Counted from the first letter of the stretch, positions 10,350 through 19,947 are shown. The stretch is DNA of 64,000 bases from Pseudomonadota bacterium (GCA_034439715.1 JAWXAY010000029.1:64001-128000); one strand, 5' to 3'. Program-made: numbers and translations. The notes: a model not told the origin generated them from the letters alone.

Positions 10350-10733
10350 CTAAAGGGCTTTGTTAAAAATTCGGCCTTTTTTAATTTCCTTATCGGAGTC
10401 CTTCAAAATGTGCCAAAGGTCTTTGGCGGCAACACGTCTCACGACTTTTCCGGTGGGGTCCTCTATCAAGACAAAATGCTTGCCATTGATAAGTTTTAAA
10501 TTTACCTGAAGATTATTGTCTTTTACGCCGGGATGAGCTTTTAGAGTTTCTACGACCTTATTTAACTCTTCTTCACTCAATTCTCTGGGACCTTCTTCCG
10601 GTCCTCTGTTTATCTGGCCGTTGGCATCACGTTCAGCACTCGCATCAGACTTAATTTCGGCCTTCTTTTCAGTGTCAGCCCGAGTCGTTGCTAATGTATT
10701 GTTAATAATGTTGTTAATTGAGCGTATATCCAT
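10350..10733 (-). CDS. flaG: FlaG-like flagellar protein
   Basis: VLIEDPTGKVVRRV...GRIFNKAL C-terminus; position between fliC and fliD; start uncertain (10733 or 10769). Confidence 0.7.
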   Translation of the reverse strand: MDIRSINNIINNTLATTRADTEKKAEIKSDASAERDANGQINRGPEEGPRELSEEELNKVVETLKAHPGVKDNNLQVNLKLINGKHFVLIEDPTGKVVRRVAAKDLWHILKDSDKEIKKGRIFNKAL

Positions 10734-10800
10734 TTCATAATCACAATCGGAAGTCTCAATTAAAAACAAAAGGCCGGATCTTCGAGACTAGAAAAAAATA

Positions 10801-10839
10801 AAAAAAAGCTGGGTAGTCCCCTCGACTGAACTACCCAGC
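10801..10839 (-). terminator. Intrinsic terminator after flagellin 1
   Basis: GCTGGGTAGT / ACTACCCAGC 10-bp stem followed by a T tract on the minus strand. Confidence 0.8.
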
Positions 10840-10897
10840 ATGCCATTACTAGACTAATTGACGTACCACTCTTTATTTATAAATTAAGAACCAGTGA

Positions 10898-11731
10898 TCA
10901 ACCCAATAATTTCAATGCGACGGTAGGAAACTGATTAGCCTGTGCCAATACAGAAGCTGTCGCATTAAGTAAAATGCTCCCTTTAGTTAATTCTGCAGTT
11001 GAAGCAGCTATGTCAGTATCTCTGATCCGAGAATTTGCTGCTGACAAGTTTTCAACTCCAACCCCTAAATTATCATCGGTTGAGATTAGGCGATTTTGAA
11101 TGGCGCCCAAATTTGCGCGAAAACCATTTACCTTAACTTGCGCGCTTTCAATTGTATCAAGGGCTGACCGAGCACCTTCTGCACTCGAAAAATCAAAGTC
11201 GTCTATCCCCAATGCGGTGGCAGTTGCTTCAGTTTCGCCGGCATCAAATTTAATGCGGTCAACAAAATCGTCATTATTAATGTCTACTTGAAATGCAAAT
11301 TCTTTTCCGGATCCATTGAGTACATGAATATCCCCAAATCGCGTTGACTGAGCAATGCGTTCAACTTCAGCCTTTAGTTGGACTACCTCTTTGTTTACAA
11401 ATGCCCGCTCTTGGTCGCCAAGATTGTCCGATGCTGCCTGCACTCCTAACTCTCGCAGTCTTGTGATAATATTGCTGATCTCATTGAGTCCGCCCTCAGC
11501 AATTTGCACAACTGACATAGCGTCGTTAGCATTTCTTTGGGCCTGTTTGTATCCACGAATACGTGATTTTAGATTTTCACTAATTGACAGCCCGGCTGCA
11601 TCGTCCGCAGCTTTTGTGATTCGGCTTCCTGATGCTAGTTGAGCATAACTTCGCTCAACTGTTCTTTGGCTTCCTGAGAAAGCTCGTTGGGCATTTATTG
11701 ACGCTATATTGGTACTCACTGTTAATGGCAT
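10898..11731 (-). CDS. fliC: Flagellin (277 aa, D0/D1 only)
   Basis: SGSRITKAADDAAGLSISE, RANLGAIQNRL, SRIRDTDIA. Confidence 0.97.
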   Translation of the reverse strand: MPLTVSTNIASINAQRAFSGSQRTVERSYAQLASGSRITKAADDAAGLSISENLKSRIRGYKQAQRNANDAMSVVQIAEGGLNEISNIITRLRELGVQAASDNLGDQERAFVNKEVVQLKAEVERIAQSTRFGDIHVLNGSGKEFAFQVDINNDDFVDRIKFDAGETEATATALGIDDFDFSSAEGARSALDTIESAQVKVNGFRANLGAIQNRLISTDDNLGVGVENLSAANSRIRDTDIAASTAELTKGSILLNATASVLAQANQFPTVALKLLG

Positions 11732-11782
11732 ATTTCTCTCCTGGTGTTAGACCGTCGAGGTCTGGTTTAGCTTGCACCAACT

Positions 11783-11809
11783 CTTTCGGCCGGGTCGGGC
11801 CCCACTGAA
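11783..11809 (-). promoter_or_regulatory. Sigma28-like promoter, flagellin 1
   Basis: TTCA-N15-GCCGAAAG; weak -35. Confidence 0.55.
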
Positions 11810-12048
11810 GTCACGTCGTGCAAATCTCAACTGAAGTCTTGGAGAAAATAGGCAAAGGTCGTGAAAACTACGACCAAAATAGGGATTTTTCTAAACTTAT
11901 GTCTAGACTGTTTTTTAGTAGGGGTAGACTAAACGCGATCAGCCTTTAGCTTGTACCGACTCAAGGACCGTCTCGTCCTGAAAAGGTACCCCAGAGGTTT
12001 TATCCTCTGGGTAGGTAAGTACCAGAAGGGAGGATCCCCTTCAAAAAC

Positions 12049-12882
12049 TTAACTTAGCAACTTCAATCCTATTGCAGGAAATTGATTTGCCTGTGCAAGG
12101 ACTGCTACGGTTGCATTTAGTAATATATTATTCTTCGTTAATTCAGCTGAAGACGCGGCGACATCAGTATCTCGAATGCGAGAGTTAGCTGCCGATAAGT
12201 TCTCAATAGCTACGCCAATGTTATCAGATGTTGAAATCATACGATTCTGAATAGCTCCCAAGTTGGCACGAAAGCCGTTAACTTTAGCGAGTCCTTTTTC
12301 AATCGTATCGAGCGCCGAGCGTGCGCCTTCTATGTCTTTAAAATCAAAACCAGAAATACCTAGTGAACTTGCGGTAGCTTCGGTTTCACTCGCATCAAAG
12401 CTAATCCTATCAACGTCATCGTTGTTTCCAATATCTACTTGGAATGAAAAAAGACTGCCTGAGCCGTCGATCATTTTAACATCACCAAATCTAGTAGATT
12501 TAGCAATACGGTCAACCTCTGCAACTAAGTGTTGAACCTCTTTGTCTACAAATCCGCGCTCAGTATCTCCAATATTATCTGAAGCAGCTTGCACCCCGAG
12601 TTCTCTCAAGCGTGTCATGATGTTACTAATCTCGTTTAATCCACCTTCAGCGATTTGTACAACTGACATTGCGTCGTTGGCATTTCGTTGGGCTTGAGTA
12701 TACCCGCGTATTCGCGATTTCAAGTTCTCGCTAATAGATAAACCAGCAGCGTCATCCGCTGCTTTGGTAATGCGGCTACCAGAAGCCAGCTGAGCATAGC
12801 TCTTGCCAACTTCTCTTTGGCTAGTTGCCATAAATCTCTGTGCATTGATCGATGCAACGTTCGTGTTAATCAGTAAAGGCAT
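12049..12882 (-). CDS. fliC: Flagellin (277 aa)
   Basis: Flagellin N/C motifs; ATG 12882 preceded by GGGAGGA SD. Confidence 0.97.
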   Translation of the reverse strand: MPLLINTNVASINAQRFMATSQREVGKSYAQLASGSRITKAADDAAGLSISENLKSRIRGYTQAQRNANDAMSVVQIAEGGLNEISNIMTRLRELGVQAASDNIGDTERGFVDKEVQHLVAEVDRIAKSTRFGDVKMIDGSGSLFSFQVDIGNNDDVDRISFDASETEATASSLGISGFDFKDIEGARSALDTIEKGLAKVNGFRANLGAIQNRMISTSDNIGVAIENLSAANSRIRDTDVAASSAELTKNNILLNATVAVLAQANQFPAIGLKLLS

Positions 12883-13044
12883 ATATCCTCCCTTTTGTTG
12901 TGAAGGCTCTGCCTTCTGCCACATGCCAGGAATACCTACTACCTGACCTTTAGCCCCGCGTCCTTACGGTTGTTGTTGTTTTTTTCTTCTACAAACCCCA
13001 AGACCTTTCTTTCGAGTCGAGTCTTGTTGCTTGTTACAACCAAC

Positions 13045-13071
13045 ATTTCGGCCAGGTCTGCAAGGACATAA
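13045..13071 (-). promoter_or_regulatory. Sigma28-like promoter, flagellin 2
   Basis: TTAT-N15-GCCGAAAT; weak -35. Confidence 0.55.
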
Positions 13072-13330
13072 GTCTCGTCTACTGGTTCTGGACTAATGTC
13101 ATAGGATTTCTAGACTTACGTGCAGAAAACTAGGCCAATTTCCAGACAGAGGTCTGGCATCTTCAAGACTATAGTTTTGATATGCAGAAAGTCGTGCACG
13201 ACCTTATTTTAGCAGACTTTAATCTAACTCGACATTGGCTCTATCTAGGTTTTTATATATATGGAGGAGTTTCCAGTAAACTATTGGGGCTGCAGATTGT
13301 TTTTCCGATAAATATTTTGAGGAAATATCA

Positions 13331-15178
13331 TTGGGGAAAAAAAAGAAGTTCGAGACGAGTGAGATTTTAATCCGCTTGATGGCAGAGAGAAATATAGATC
13401 CGTCTATTGCTCCTGATGGTGGTTCGTGGACTCTCTTTATTGCCGATCTAACCGAATATTTAAGTGATCTCGAACGCGACCGTGATTTGTTAGAAAAATC
13501 ACTCGAAGTCTCTACAATAGCTGTGGATGAGCGTTGGCATCACCAAGGAGTTTTAGAAAAAGATCTCCTAGAAACCGAAGCCGAACTCCGCGCCCTCTAT
13601 GATGCCTCTCCGCTAGGAATGTTTGTCTGCGACAACAAAGCCAACATTAGCTATGTCAATCGTACCTTTCGAGAAATAACCGGCTATAATCCGCAGTCGT
13701 CATTCGAAAAAGAATGGACTGACTATGTCCACCCTGAAGATCAGAAACACTTTAAAGCCCAATGGAAAGTATTAAAAAACAAACCAGATACGCCAATTGA
13801 TTGTGAAATTCGTTTTTTAAATTTAGAAAATGATGAGTTGATTTGGATCAATTTGCGAATTTCGGCAATTTATATCGAAAAAAATCTCATAGGATTTTTA
13901 GGAACAGTCGACAATATTTCTGAACGAAAAAAAGCCGAATCGCTACTGTTAGGAGAAAAACAGGTATTAGAGATGATCGCACGCAATCTGCCCCTGAAGT
14001 ATACCCTTGCCGGACTCCTGCAAATGATCGAATCTCAAATTATAGAAGTCAAAACAGCAATCTTTTTGATAGACGAGAACAGAAGCCTGACCTTTGCTGC
14101 ATCGCCCAGTATGCCACAAGATTTGATGCTTGAAGTTGGCAAAATAAAAATTCCCTTTATTTCAAACTTCTTTCAAACTTTTAAAACATCGGGCCAAAAA
14201 TTTATTATGCAAGATATTACCGAACAACAAAATTGGGCTGAGTATCTAAAAAAAATCAAACCTCTGAAGTTTAATTCTATCTGGGCCTCTCCACTTTTAG
14301 GCTCTCAACGCGAAGTTGTTGGCTTGATTGCTCTTCATCTCCCACCTGGAAAGTCGCCCCAGGACCGCCACAGTGATATTATAGAATCTTTTGCCGACTT
14401 GATATCCATTACGATTGAAAGAAAAATATTTCAGGACAACCTTGAACGTGAACAATTGAGATTAATTTCATCGTCAAAAATGGCAAGCCTAGGAGAAATG
14501 GCCGGTGGCATTTCTCATGAAATTATGAATCCATTGACCATTATTGATGGCTTTGCCTCGCGCATTGAGCGCATGGCCTCATCCCAAAATATTCAAGCTG
14601 ATAACTTGCTTCACCATACCGAAAAAATTCGCAGCACTGTAACCCGAATCACAAAAATTATTTCAAGCCTCAAAGCATTTGCGAGGGAAGGCGACCGCGA
14701 CGACTTTGAATGTCAGTCAGTAAAAAAATTAATCGGCGATACGCTTGAGTTTTGCCATCAAAAAATCAAACATCGTGGCATTAGTCTGATTATAAAGGAT
14801 TTTGATCAGTCCCTAGAGATTGACTGTCGACCGGTGCAGATTTCCCAAGTACTGCTCAATTTACTTAATAATGCGACAGACGCTATAGAACATCTCGCAG
14901 AAAAGTGGATACTACTTGAAGTTCGCGATGAAACTGATCGCCTGATAATCAGAGTCACTGACAGCGGACAAGACCTTCCCGCCGACGTTGCCGAAAAAGT
15001 AATGAAGCCCTTTTTTACCACAAAACCAGTGGGCAAAGGCACGGGCCTTGGCTTAAGTGTCTCTAAATCATTGATCGAGGGTCATAACGGCACTCTAAGA
15101 ATCGACCACGACATAAAAAACACATGCTTTGTAATTGATTTGCCAAAAATTCAGAACCGGGAAAAAAAGGCGGCATAA
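13331..15178 (+). CDS. Cytoplasmic PAS-GAF histidine kinase (orphan)
   Basis: YVHPEDQ PAS, ISHEIMNPL, KPFFTTK, GTGLGL; no transmembrane segment seen. Confidence 0.92.
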   Translation: MGKKKKFETSEILIRLMAERNIDPSIAPDGGSWTLFIADLTEYLSDLERDRDLLEKSLEVSTIAVDERWHHQGVLEKDLLETEAELRALYDASPLGMFVCDNKANISYVNRTFREITGYNPQSSFEKEWTDYVHPEDQKHFKAQWKVLKNKPDTPIDCEIRFLNLENDELIWINLRISAIYIEKNLIGFLGTVDNISERKKAESLLLGEKQVLEMIARNLPLKYTLAGLLQMIESQIIEVKTAIFLIDENRSLTFAASPSMPQDLMLEVGKIKIPFISNFFQTFKTSGQKFIMQDITEQQNWAEYLKKIKPLKFNSIWASPLLGSQREVVGLIALHLPPGKSPQDRHSDIIESFADLISITIERKIFQDNLEREQLRLISSSKMASLGEMAGGISHEIMNPLTIIDGFASRIERMASSQNIQADNLLHHTEKIRSTVTRITKIISSLKAFAREGDRDDFECQSVKKLIGDTLEFCHQKIKHRGISLIIKDFDQSLEIDCRPVQISQVLLNLLNNATDAIEHLAEKWILLEVRDETDRLIIRVTDSGQDLPADVAEKVMKPFFTTKPVGKGTGLGLSVSKSLIEGHNGTLRIDHDIKNTCFVIDLPKIQNREKKAA

Positions 15179-15210
15179 AAAAAACCCCGAGGAATTTCTA
15201 TTCCCCAGGG
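15176..15210 (-). terminator. Intrinsic terminator for flagellin 3 (convergent with the kinase gene)
   Basis: CCCTGGGGAAT-AGAA-ATTCCTCGGGG followed by a long T run on the minus strand. Confidence 0.75.
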
Positions 15211-15344
15211 CGGGCATTCTAGTAGTTGTGGTTGTCGGACTGTGGGTCTTCTACCGAATCTCCCTTAGATCTGTAAAGTAGAGAGCGCCGGTTAAGTCAC
15301 CGGCATGCTCCTAAAAACCCTAAATAAAATTATCGAATTAAATG

Positions 15345-16172
15345 TTACGCTAAAAGTCTTAGCGCCGAAGCTCCTCGTTGATTAGCTTGCGCCAATACCG
15401 CGATAGAAGCCTGTTGCAGAATCGAAGATGAAGCGAGTTCCGCTGATTCATGCGCTATGTCTGCATCACGAAGTCGTGAATTAGCAGCACTTAAGTTTTC
15501 GTATTGAATATCCAAGTTACTGACAGTTACACCCATTCGGCTCGAAACCGCGCCAAAATCTGCACGCATCTTACCTAATTTAATAAGGGCATCGTCCACT
15601 GTTTGTAGGGAATCACGAGCAGACTCCTTATCACTAAGGGATATGTCGTCATAACCGATGGCACCCCCGGTAGCGTCAGCATTAAATTTGTAACTGACGA
15701 CGTTATCTTTATCACCAAAGGGACCGACGTGGAACTCTAGTTCTTCGCCAGAACCATCAAGCAATTTCATATTTCCGAATCGTGTGGTCTTAGCTATGCG
15801 CTCAGACTCTTCAAGTAATTGCATCGACTCTTGGTTGAGAAACTGTCTCTCAACTTCACCGATGTTGTCAGAAGCAGCTTGTACTCCCAACTCTCGGATT
15901 CGAATCATGATGTTATTGATTTCGCTTAATCCGCCGTCACTCACTTCAATTAATGACTGAGCGTTGTAGGCGTTATTACGTGCCATTGCTATACCGCGAA
16001 TCTGACCTTTTAAGTTTTCAGATATCGCTAATCCTGCTGCATCATCTGCAGCTTTAGTAATGCGGCTACCAGAAGAAAGAGCTGCCATGGCATGCTCGTT
16101 TCTTGATTGTTGTTTGTCGAGTTGTCGTTGAGCGTTGATCGACGCAACGTTTGTTGAAATTCTTAGACCCAT
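15345..16172 (-). CDS. fliC: Flagellin (275 aa)
   Basis: MGLRISTNVASINAQR, AADDAAGLAISE; ATG 16172 with GGGGAG SD. Confidence 0.97.
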   Translation of the reverse strand: MGLRISTNVASINAQRQLDKQQSRNEHAMAALSSGSRITKAADDAAGLAISENLKGQIRGIAMARNNAYNAQSLIEVSDGGLSEINNIMIRIRELGVQAASDNIGEVERQFLNQESMQLLEESERIAKTTRFGNMKLLDGSGEELEFHVGPFGDKDNVVSYKFNADATGGAIGYDDISLSDKESARDSLQTVDDALIKLGKMRADFGAVSSRMGVTVSNLDIQYENLSAANSRLRDADIAHESAELASSSILQQASIAVLAQANQRGASALRLLA

Positions 16173-16392
16173 ACTGTCTCCCCACAAAAGACTTCATCCA
16201 TGATGAATAGTCTCAGCCCCGACTCTGGTCGAGTTTGAGCGCCATTCTGGCGTTGTTAATAATCAAAACTAACTTTTGTTGGAATTTGGACCGAAGAATT
16301 AATTACGACATTAGTTCTTTAGTCTCTTGGAGGGATCCTTTAAGTGACTGCTGAAAGGGTTCCTTCAAGCGGCTCCAACGTTTACAAAGAAC

Positions 16393-16419
16393 TAATCGAC
16401 GTTAGTCTAGGAAACTTTA
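16393..16419 (-). promoter_or_regulatory. Sigma28 promoter, flagellin 3
   Basis: TAAA-N15-GTCGATTA. Confidence 0.8.
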
Positions 16420-16568
16420 GCCTTAGGTCTAGCAATTCTAAAACGCGAAGCGTCTAGTTGCGGAAGTTACTCACGATAAATTTTAAAGTTTTTTTTAGAA
16501 AACGGCTCGAATAAAGCCTAAAGGTGTTTGAAGGGACCGAATAGTCCCCGAAATAATGCGGCGCATTT

Positions 16569-17396
16569 CTACATTATGAGACGTAAAGCTTTCTGTGGAA
16601 GCGAGTTTGCTTGAGCTAAAACCGCCACGCCCATCTCTTGTAATATTTGAGCTTGAGCGAGCTCTGAAGTTTCATGCGCAATATCGGCGTCAATAATTCG
16701 CGAACGCGCCGCTTGGTTGTTCTCCACTTGTTGATCAAGGTTGTTGATTGCAAATTGAAAACGACTTTGCAGAGCACCAAAGCCAGCGCGCACACCCGCT
16801 AGCTTTTGTATTCCATTATCTAAATCTGGTAATATCTCAGAGGCTTCGTCTTTATCTGCGATGCTAAGTCCAGAGAGGTTCATGGCATCTCCAGAAGTAT
16901 CTGCATCTAGCGATAGCCCAATGATGTTACTCTCGTCAGAGTCAGCACCGACGTGGAACTCAAACCTTTGCCCTGATCCCTCAAGCAGTTTTGCGCTGCC
17001 AAATGTTGTGGATTTTGCAATACGATCAGACTCTTCAGTGAGAAGTTGAAACTCCTGATCTAAAAAACCCCGTTCCGCATCAGAAATACCATCACTCGCA
17101 GCTTGCACAGCAAGTTCACGCAACCTAATCATAATATTATTTTGCTCGGAAAGGCCGCCTTCAGCGACCTGGATTAGAGAAGTTCCATGCTCGGCGTTTT
17201 GACGAGCCCTCGTAAGACCCACCACTCGACCCTTAAGATTTTCGGCAATCGCAAAACCCGCAGCATCATCCGAAGCAGTGACAATTCTCTGTCCTGATGC
17301 GAGTGCTTGAATAGCGTGGTTCACACGCTCGTCAGTTTTTCCCAACTTACGTTGGACATAAAGCGACGCAACGTTTGTACCAATACGAATAGGCAT
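16569..17396 (-). CDS. fliC: Flagellin (275 aa, most divergent copy)
   Basis: SGQRIVTASDDAAGFAIAE, RAGFGALQSRF, SRIIDADIA. Confidence 0.96.
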   Translation of the reverse strand: MPIRIGTNVASLYVQRKLGKTDERVNHAIQALASGQRIVTASDDAAGFAIAENLKGRVVGLTRARQNAEHGTSLIQVAEGGLSEQNNIMIRLRELAVQAASDGISDAERGFLDQEFQLLTEESDRIAKSTTFGSAKLLEGSGQRFEFHVGADSDESNIIGLSLDADTSGDAMNLSGLSIADKDEASEILPDLDNGIQKLAGVRAGFGALQSRFQFAINNLDQQVENNQAARSRIIDADIAHETSELAQAQILQEMGVAVLAQANSLPQKALRLIM

Positions 17397-17512
17397 GTCA
17401 GAGCTCCCCTGTTTTGTGCCGCACTTAGAGCCGCCTTATTGGCGACCCAAAGTGAGGCAGCGAAAGATCAAGAAAACCCACAATCCGATAACCCTTTCAA
17501 CAGTCACCAAAC

Positions 17513-17539
17513 TATTCGGTGCGCTGCACTATAACTTTA
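17513..17539 (-). promoter_or_regulatory. Sigma28 promoter, flagellin 4
   Basis: TAAA-N15-ACCGAATA. Confidence 0.75.
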
Positions 17540-17815
17540 GTCATATTTTTATATATTGCGTTAAGCTTATGAATTGGTTTTATAATTTTATGATGTTTTG
17601 CGTTAATTTGAATTTTTATCAGACGCTTTTGATAGGATCTTTAGGTGGGCCGTCTCGTTTTATGTCGAACAAGTCAAGTTATACCTTCACTTGTTCGAGA
17701 GTGGGTCAAGAGACAGGTGTTTCGCATTTTCCTGTGGGAAGAGAGATCTTAATAGTCAGTTCAAAAGTGGACACTCGCTAGCTTGGTAAGGTTAGTCACG
17801 TGATCAAAAAATCTC

Positions 17816-17844
17816 TTGATTTGATGTGCGATATACCGTACATT
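17816..17844 (+). promoter_or_regulatory. Sigma70 promoter with overlapping palindromic operator of the TA module
   Basis: TTGATT-N17-TACATT; inverted repeat ATGTGCG-N6-CGTACAT at 17824-17843. Confidence 0.6.
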
Positions 17845-17851
17845 AAAAAAT

Positions 17852-18162
17852 GTGAAGAAATTTGAGGTTCTCAAAACGATTGAGTTCGAGGAATGGTTGG
17901 CAACTCAACCGCCGAAGACCAAGGTGATTATTAAAGCTCGACTTGATCTAATTGCAATCGGTCACTTTGGTGACCACAAACGTTTTGAGGGGCTTATTGA
18001 GTTAAGATGGTTAAACGGCAATCGTGTCTACTCATTTTTGTGGGGACACTCGATAGTGGTCGCTCTTTATGGAGGTAATAAAATGCGCAAAACAGGGACA
18101 TCAGGAAAGCGAAGAAAATTAGGGACGAAATCCTTGAAGGTACACGAACCCTTCGCAAGTAA
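17852..18162 (+). pseudogene. RelE/HigB-like addiction-module toxin, frameshifted at the A-run 18080-18083
   Basis: FEEWL...ARLDLIAIGHFGDHK...ELRW..GNRVY...GGNK; expected tail NAQNRDIRKAKKIRDE...* lies in the -1 frame (18082-18162). Confidence 0.75.
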
Positions 18163-18397
18163 AGAATTAAAAAACCCTCACCTTGTTGCGGAAACCCTAC
18201 TTGAATGCATCAAGACTGGGGACGTAGAATCATTTCGTGAGGTTCTTATAGCCCATTTGATGACTGTCAATAAGGTTGAAATTGCAAAGAAGGCTGGTAT
18301 TGGTCGCCGAACACTTTATGATTTGATTGACCCTAAGAAGGAATTTAATCCTGAACTTTCAACTATCTCTGCAGTTATTCGCGCTTTAGCGGCATGA
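18083..18397 (+). CDS. HTH (XRE-type) addiction-module antitoxin
   Basis: GGAGGT SD before ATG 18083; EIAKKAGIGRRTLY...NPELSTISAVIRAL. Confidence 0.85.
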   Translation: MRKTGTSGKRRKLGTKSLKVHEPFASKELKNPHLVAETLLECIKTGDVESFREVLIAHLMTVNKVEIAKKAGIGRRTLYDLIDPKKEFNPELSTISAVIRALAA

Positions 18398-18404
18398 ACT
18401 AAAT

Positions 18405-18788
18405 ATGAAAATTAATTTAAAACATAAATTGTCATGCCATTGTGGTTCGATTGAGATCGAACTCACTTTACCAAACGGATTAGAAAAACCACGGCGATGT
18501 GATTGTTCGATGTGCCGCCGGCGAGGAGCAATTGTTGCTTCGGTCACCTTAGATCGGCTTAAGATTATTAAGGGACACGAAAAAATTTTCCTTTATCAAT
18601 TTGGTACTAAGACGGCAAAGCACTACTTTTGTTCAGTATGTGGAATCTACACTCACCATCAGCGCCGCTCAAATCCCACCGAGTTTGGGTTTAATGTTGG
18701 TTGTCTTGACGGAGTTAACCCATACGAATTGAAAGACGTTCCCGTTATGGACGGCGTGAATCACCCGGCAGATCGAGAGCGGCCTTAA
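18405..18788 (+). CDS. GFA/CENP-V family Zn protein
   Basis: SCHCG, CDCSMCRR, FCSVCGIYTHH. Confidence 0.92.
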   Translation: MKINLKHKLSCHCGSIEIELTLPNGLEKPRRCDCSMCRRRGAIVASVTLDRLKIIKGHEKIFLYQFGTKTAKHYFCSVCGIYTHHQRRSNPTEFGFNVGCLDGVNPYELKDVPVMDGVNHPADRERP

Positions 18789-18876
18789 GAGCATCCACAA
18801 TCACTGGTTTCATTGACACTATTTAATTCGAAATACGCTGACTTCGCGAGCAAAGGCCTGCGCAGATCTTAAAAAG

Positions 18877-19947
18877 TTAAAAAGTAAAACGGACGTCGCA
18901 ACGAGCGAGTATTGTCCAATTGACATCAAGGACACGATTGCCAAGTTGGTCGTCTAAAAAGTTTCGAAATTCCAGCTTGGGCGTTACGATCATTACACCG
19001 TACATCATCGGGGCGTAGGCACCTAAAATAAAATTGCTACCCCCATCTGTAGGAGTAGGATTTGTTTGATTGGGACTCTTAAACTCTTTTTGCGACTCCG
19101 AAGTAAAACCCACATATGTACCAAAGTTCCAACTGGTTGACATTTTTTCGTAGAACACATTAAGAGCTAACACATGACCGCCTGAAAGCGTCTTTTTAGT
19201 GCTTTGAACCGTGGGGGATTGAAAATCTATGGTGCGATCGCCTTTGTATTCATAAGAGATATCCAAGCCGGCAAAACCTGAAGTAAATTTTTTCGAATAA
19301 CCCAAATAAGGTCTGTAAGATGGTCCGCCCGAAAAAGCATTTGTGTTTCCTTGACCGTCATCCGTGCCATCGCCAGGACTAAACCCAATTCTCAGACCAT
19401 AGTGAATACTGCCACTCGAAAAAGCCCAGTTACCTTTGGTGTAAAGCACTACATCTTCAATTCCATTTTTACTTCCAACATCTTCTTTGGTGGAACTCAT
19501 ATAATAAGACAACCGTCCGCCAAGTGAAATGCTTTCTAGAAGTCCAAATTCGGTCTCTACGCCTGCTCTAAAAATTTGGTCACTAACTGAGTACTGCTGT
19601 CCTCCCGGTGTTCCATTAACAAGTGTACCTTCGTTTTTAGAAAAGGCGGCCTCGATAAATGGATTGGCTAAAAGCTGGTCTGACTTTGCCTGCCAATAAT
19701 ATTGCGGAAGCGGAGCCTCACTCACGGACTCAATCGGTGCTGATCTTGCTTTAGCTTTTGGCGTGACGTATTCATCAGTGGGTTTAGCGCCGCTCTTGCT
19801 ATCGCTTTTGGGAATATCGATCAACAATTCTTCTTTGGCCGAACGACCTTTTTTTTGATCTTTTTTCTTAGTTTGCGCATTGGCTTCGCTTAAGCCTAAC
19901 GCTAAAATTAACCCACCTGAAACAGCAATTAATGTGACTCGTCTCAT
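18877..19947 (-). CDS. Putative outer-membrane beta-barrel protein
   Basis: Signal peptide, alternating aromatic beta-strands, C-terminal VRFTF. Confidence 0.7.
   Translation of the reverse strand: MRRVTLIAVSGGLILALGLSEANAQTKKKDQKKGRSAKEELLIDIPKSDSKSGAKPTDEYVTPKAKARSAPIESVSEAPLPQYYWQAKSDQLLANPFIEAAFSKNEGTLVNGTPGGQQYSVSDQIFRAGVETEFGLLESISLGGRLSYYMSSTKEDVGSKNGIEDVVLYTKGNWAFSSGSIHYGLRIGFSPGDGTDDGQGNTNAFSGGPSYRPYLGYSKKFTSGFAGLDISYEYKGDRTIDFQSPTVQSTKKTLSGGHVLALNVFYEKMSTSWNFGTYVGFTSESQKEFKSPNQTNPTPTDGGSNFILGAYAPMMYGVMIVTPKLEFRNFLDDQLGNRVLDVNWTILARCDVRFTF

Noticed and set aside
12883..13044. c-di-GMP riboswitch in flagellin leaders
   Set aside because: No recognisable class I/II aptamer core by eye in any leader; an Infernal search would be decisive.
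17665..17698. 10-bp inverted repeat TCGAACAAGT/ACTTGTTCGA upstream of the TA module as a mobile-element end
   Set aside because: No transposase/integrase, target duplication or second copy found.
17395..17781. 128-aa plus-strand ORF
   Set aside because: Runs antisense through the flagellin 4 leader, promoter and an AT-rich tract; composition is not protein-like.
17852..18397. Single novel 181-aa protein as an ordinary gene
   Set aside because: Resolves into toxin plus antitoxin with the toxin tail in the -1 frame.
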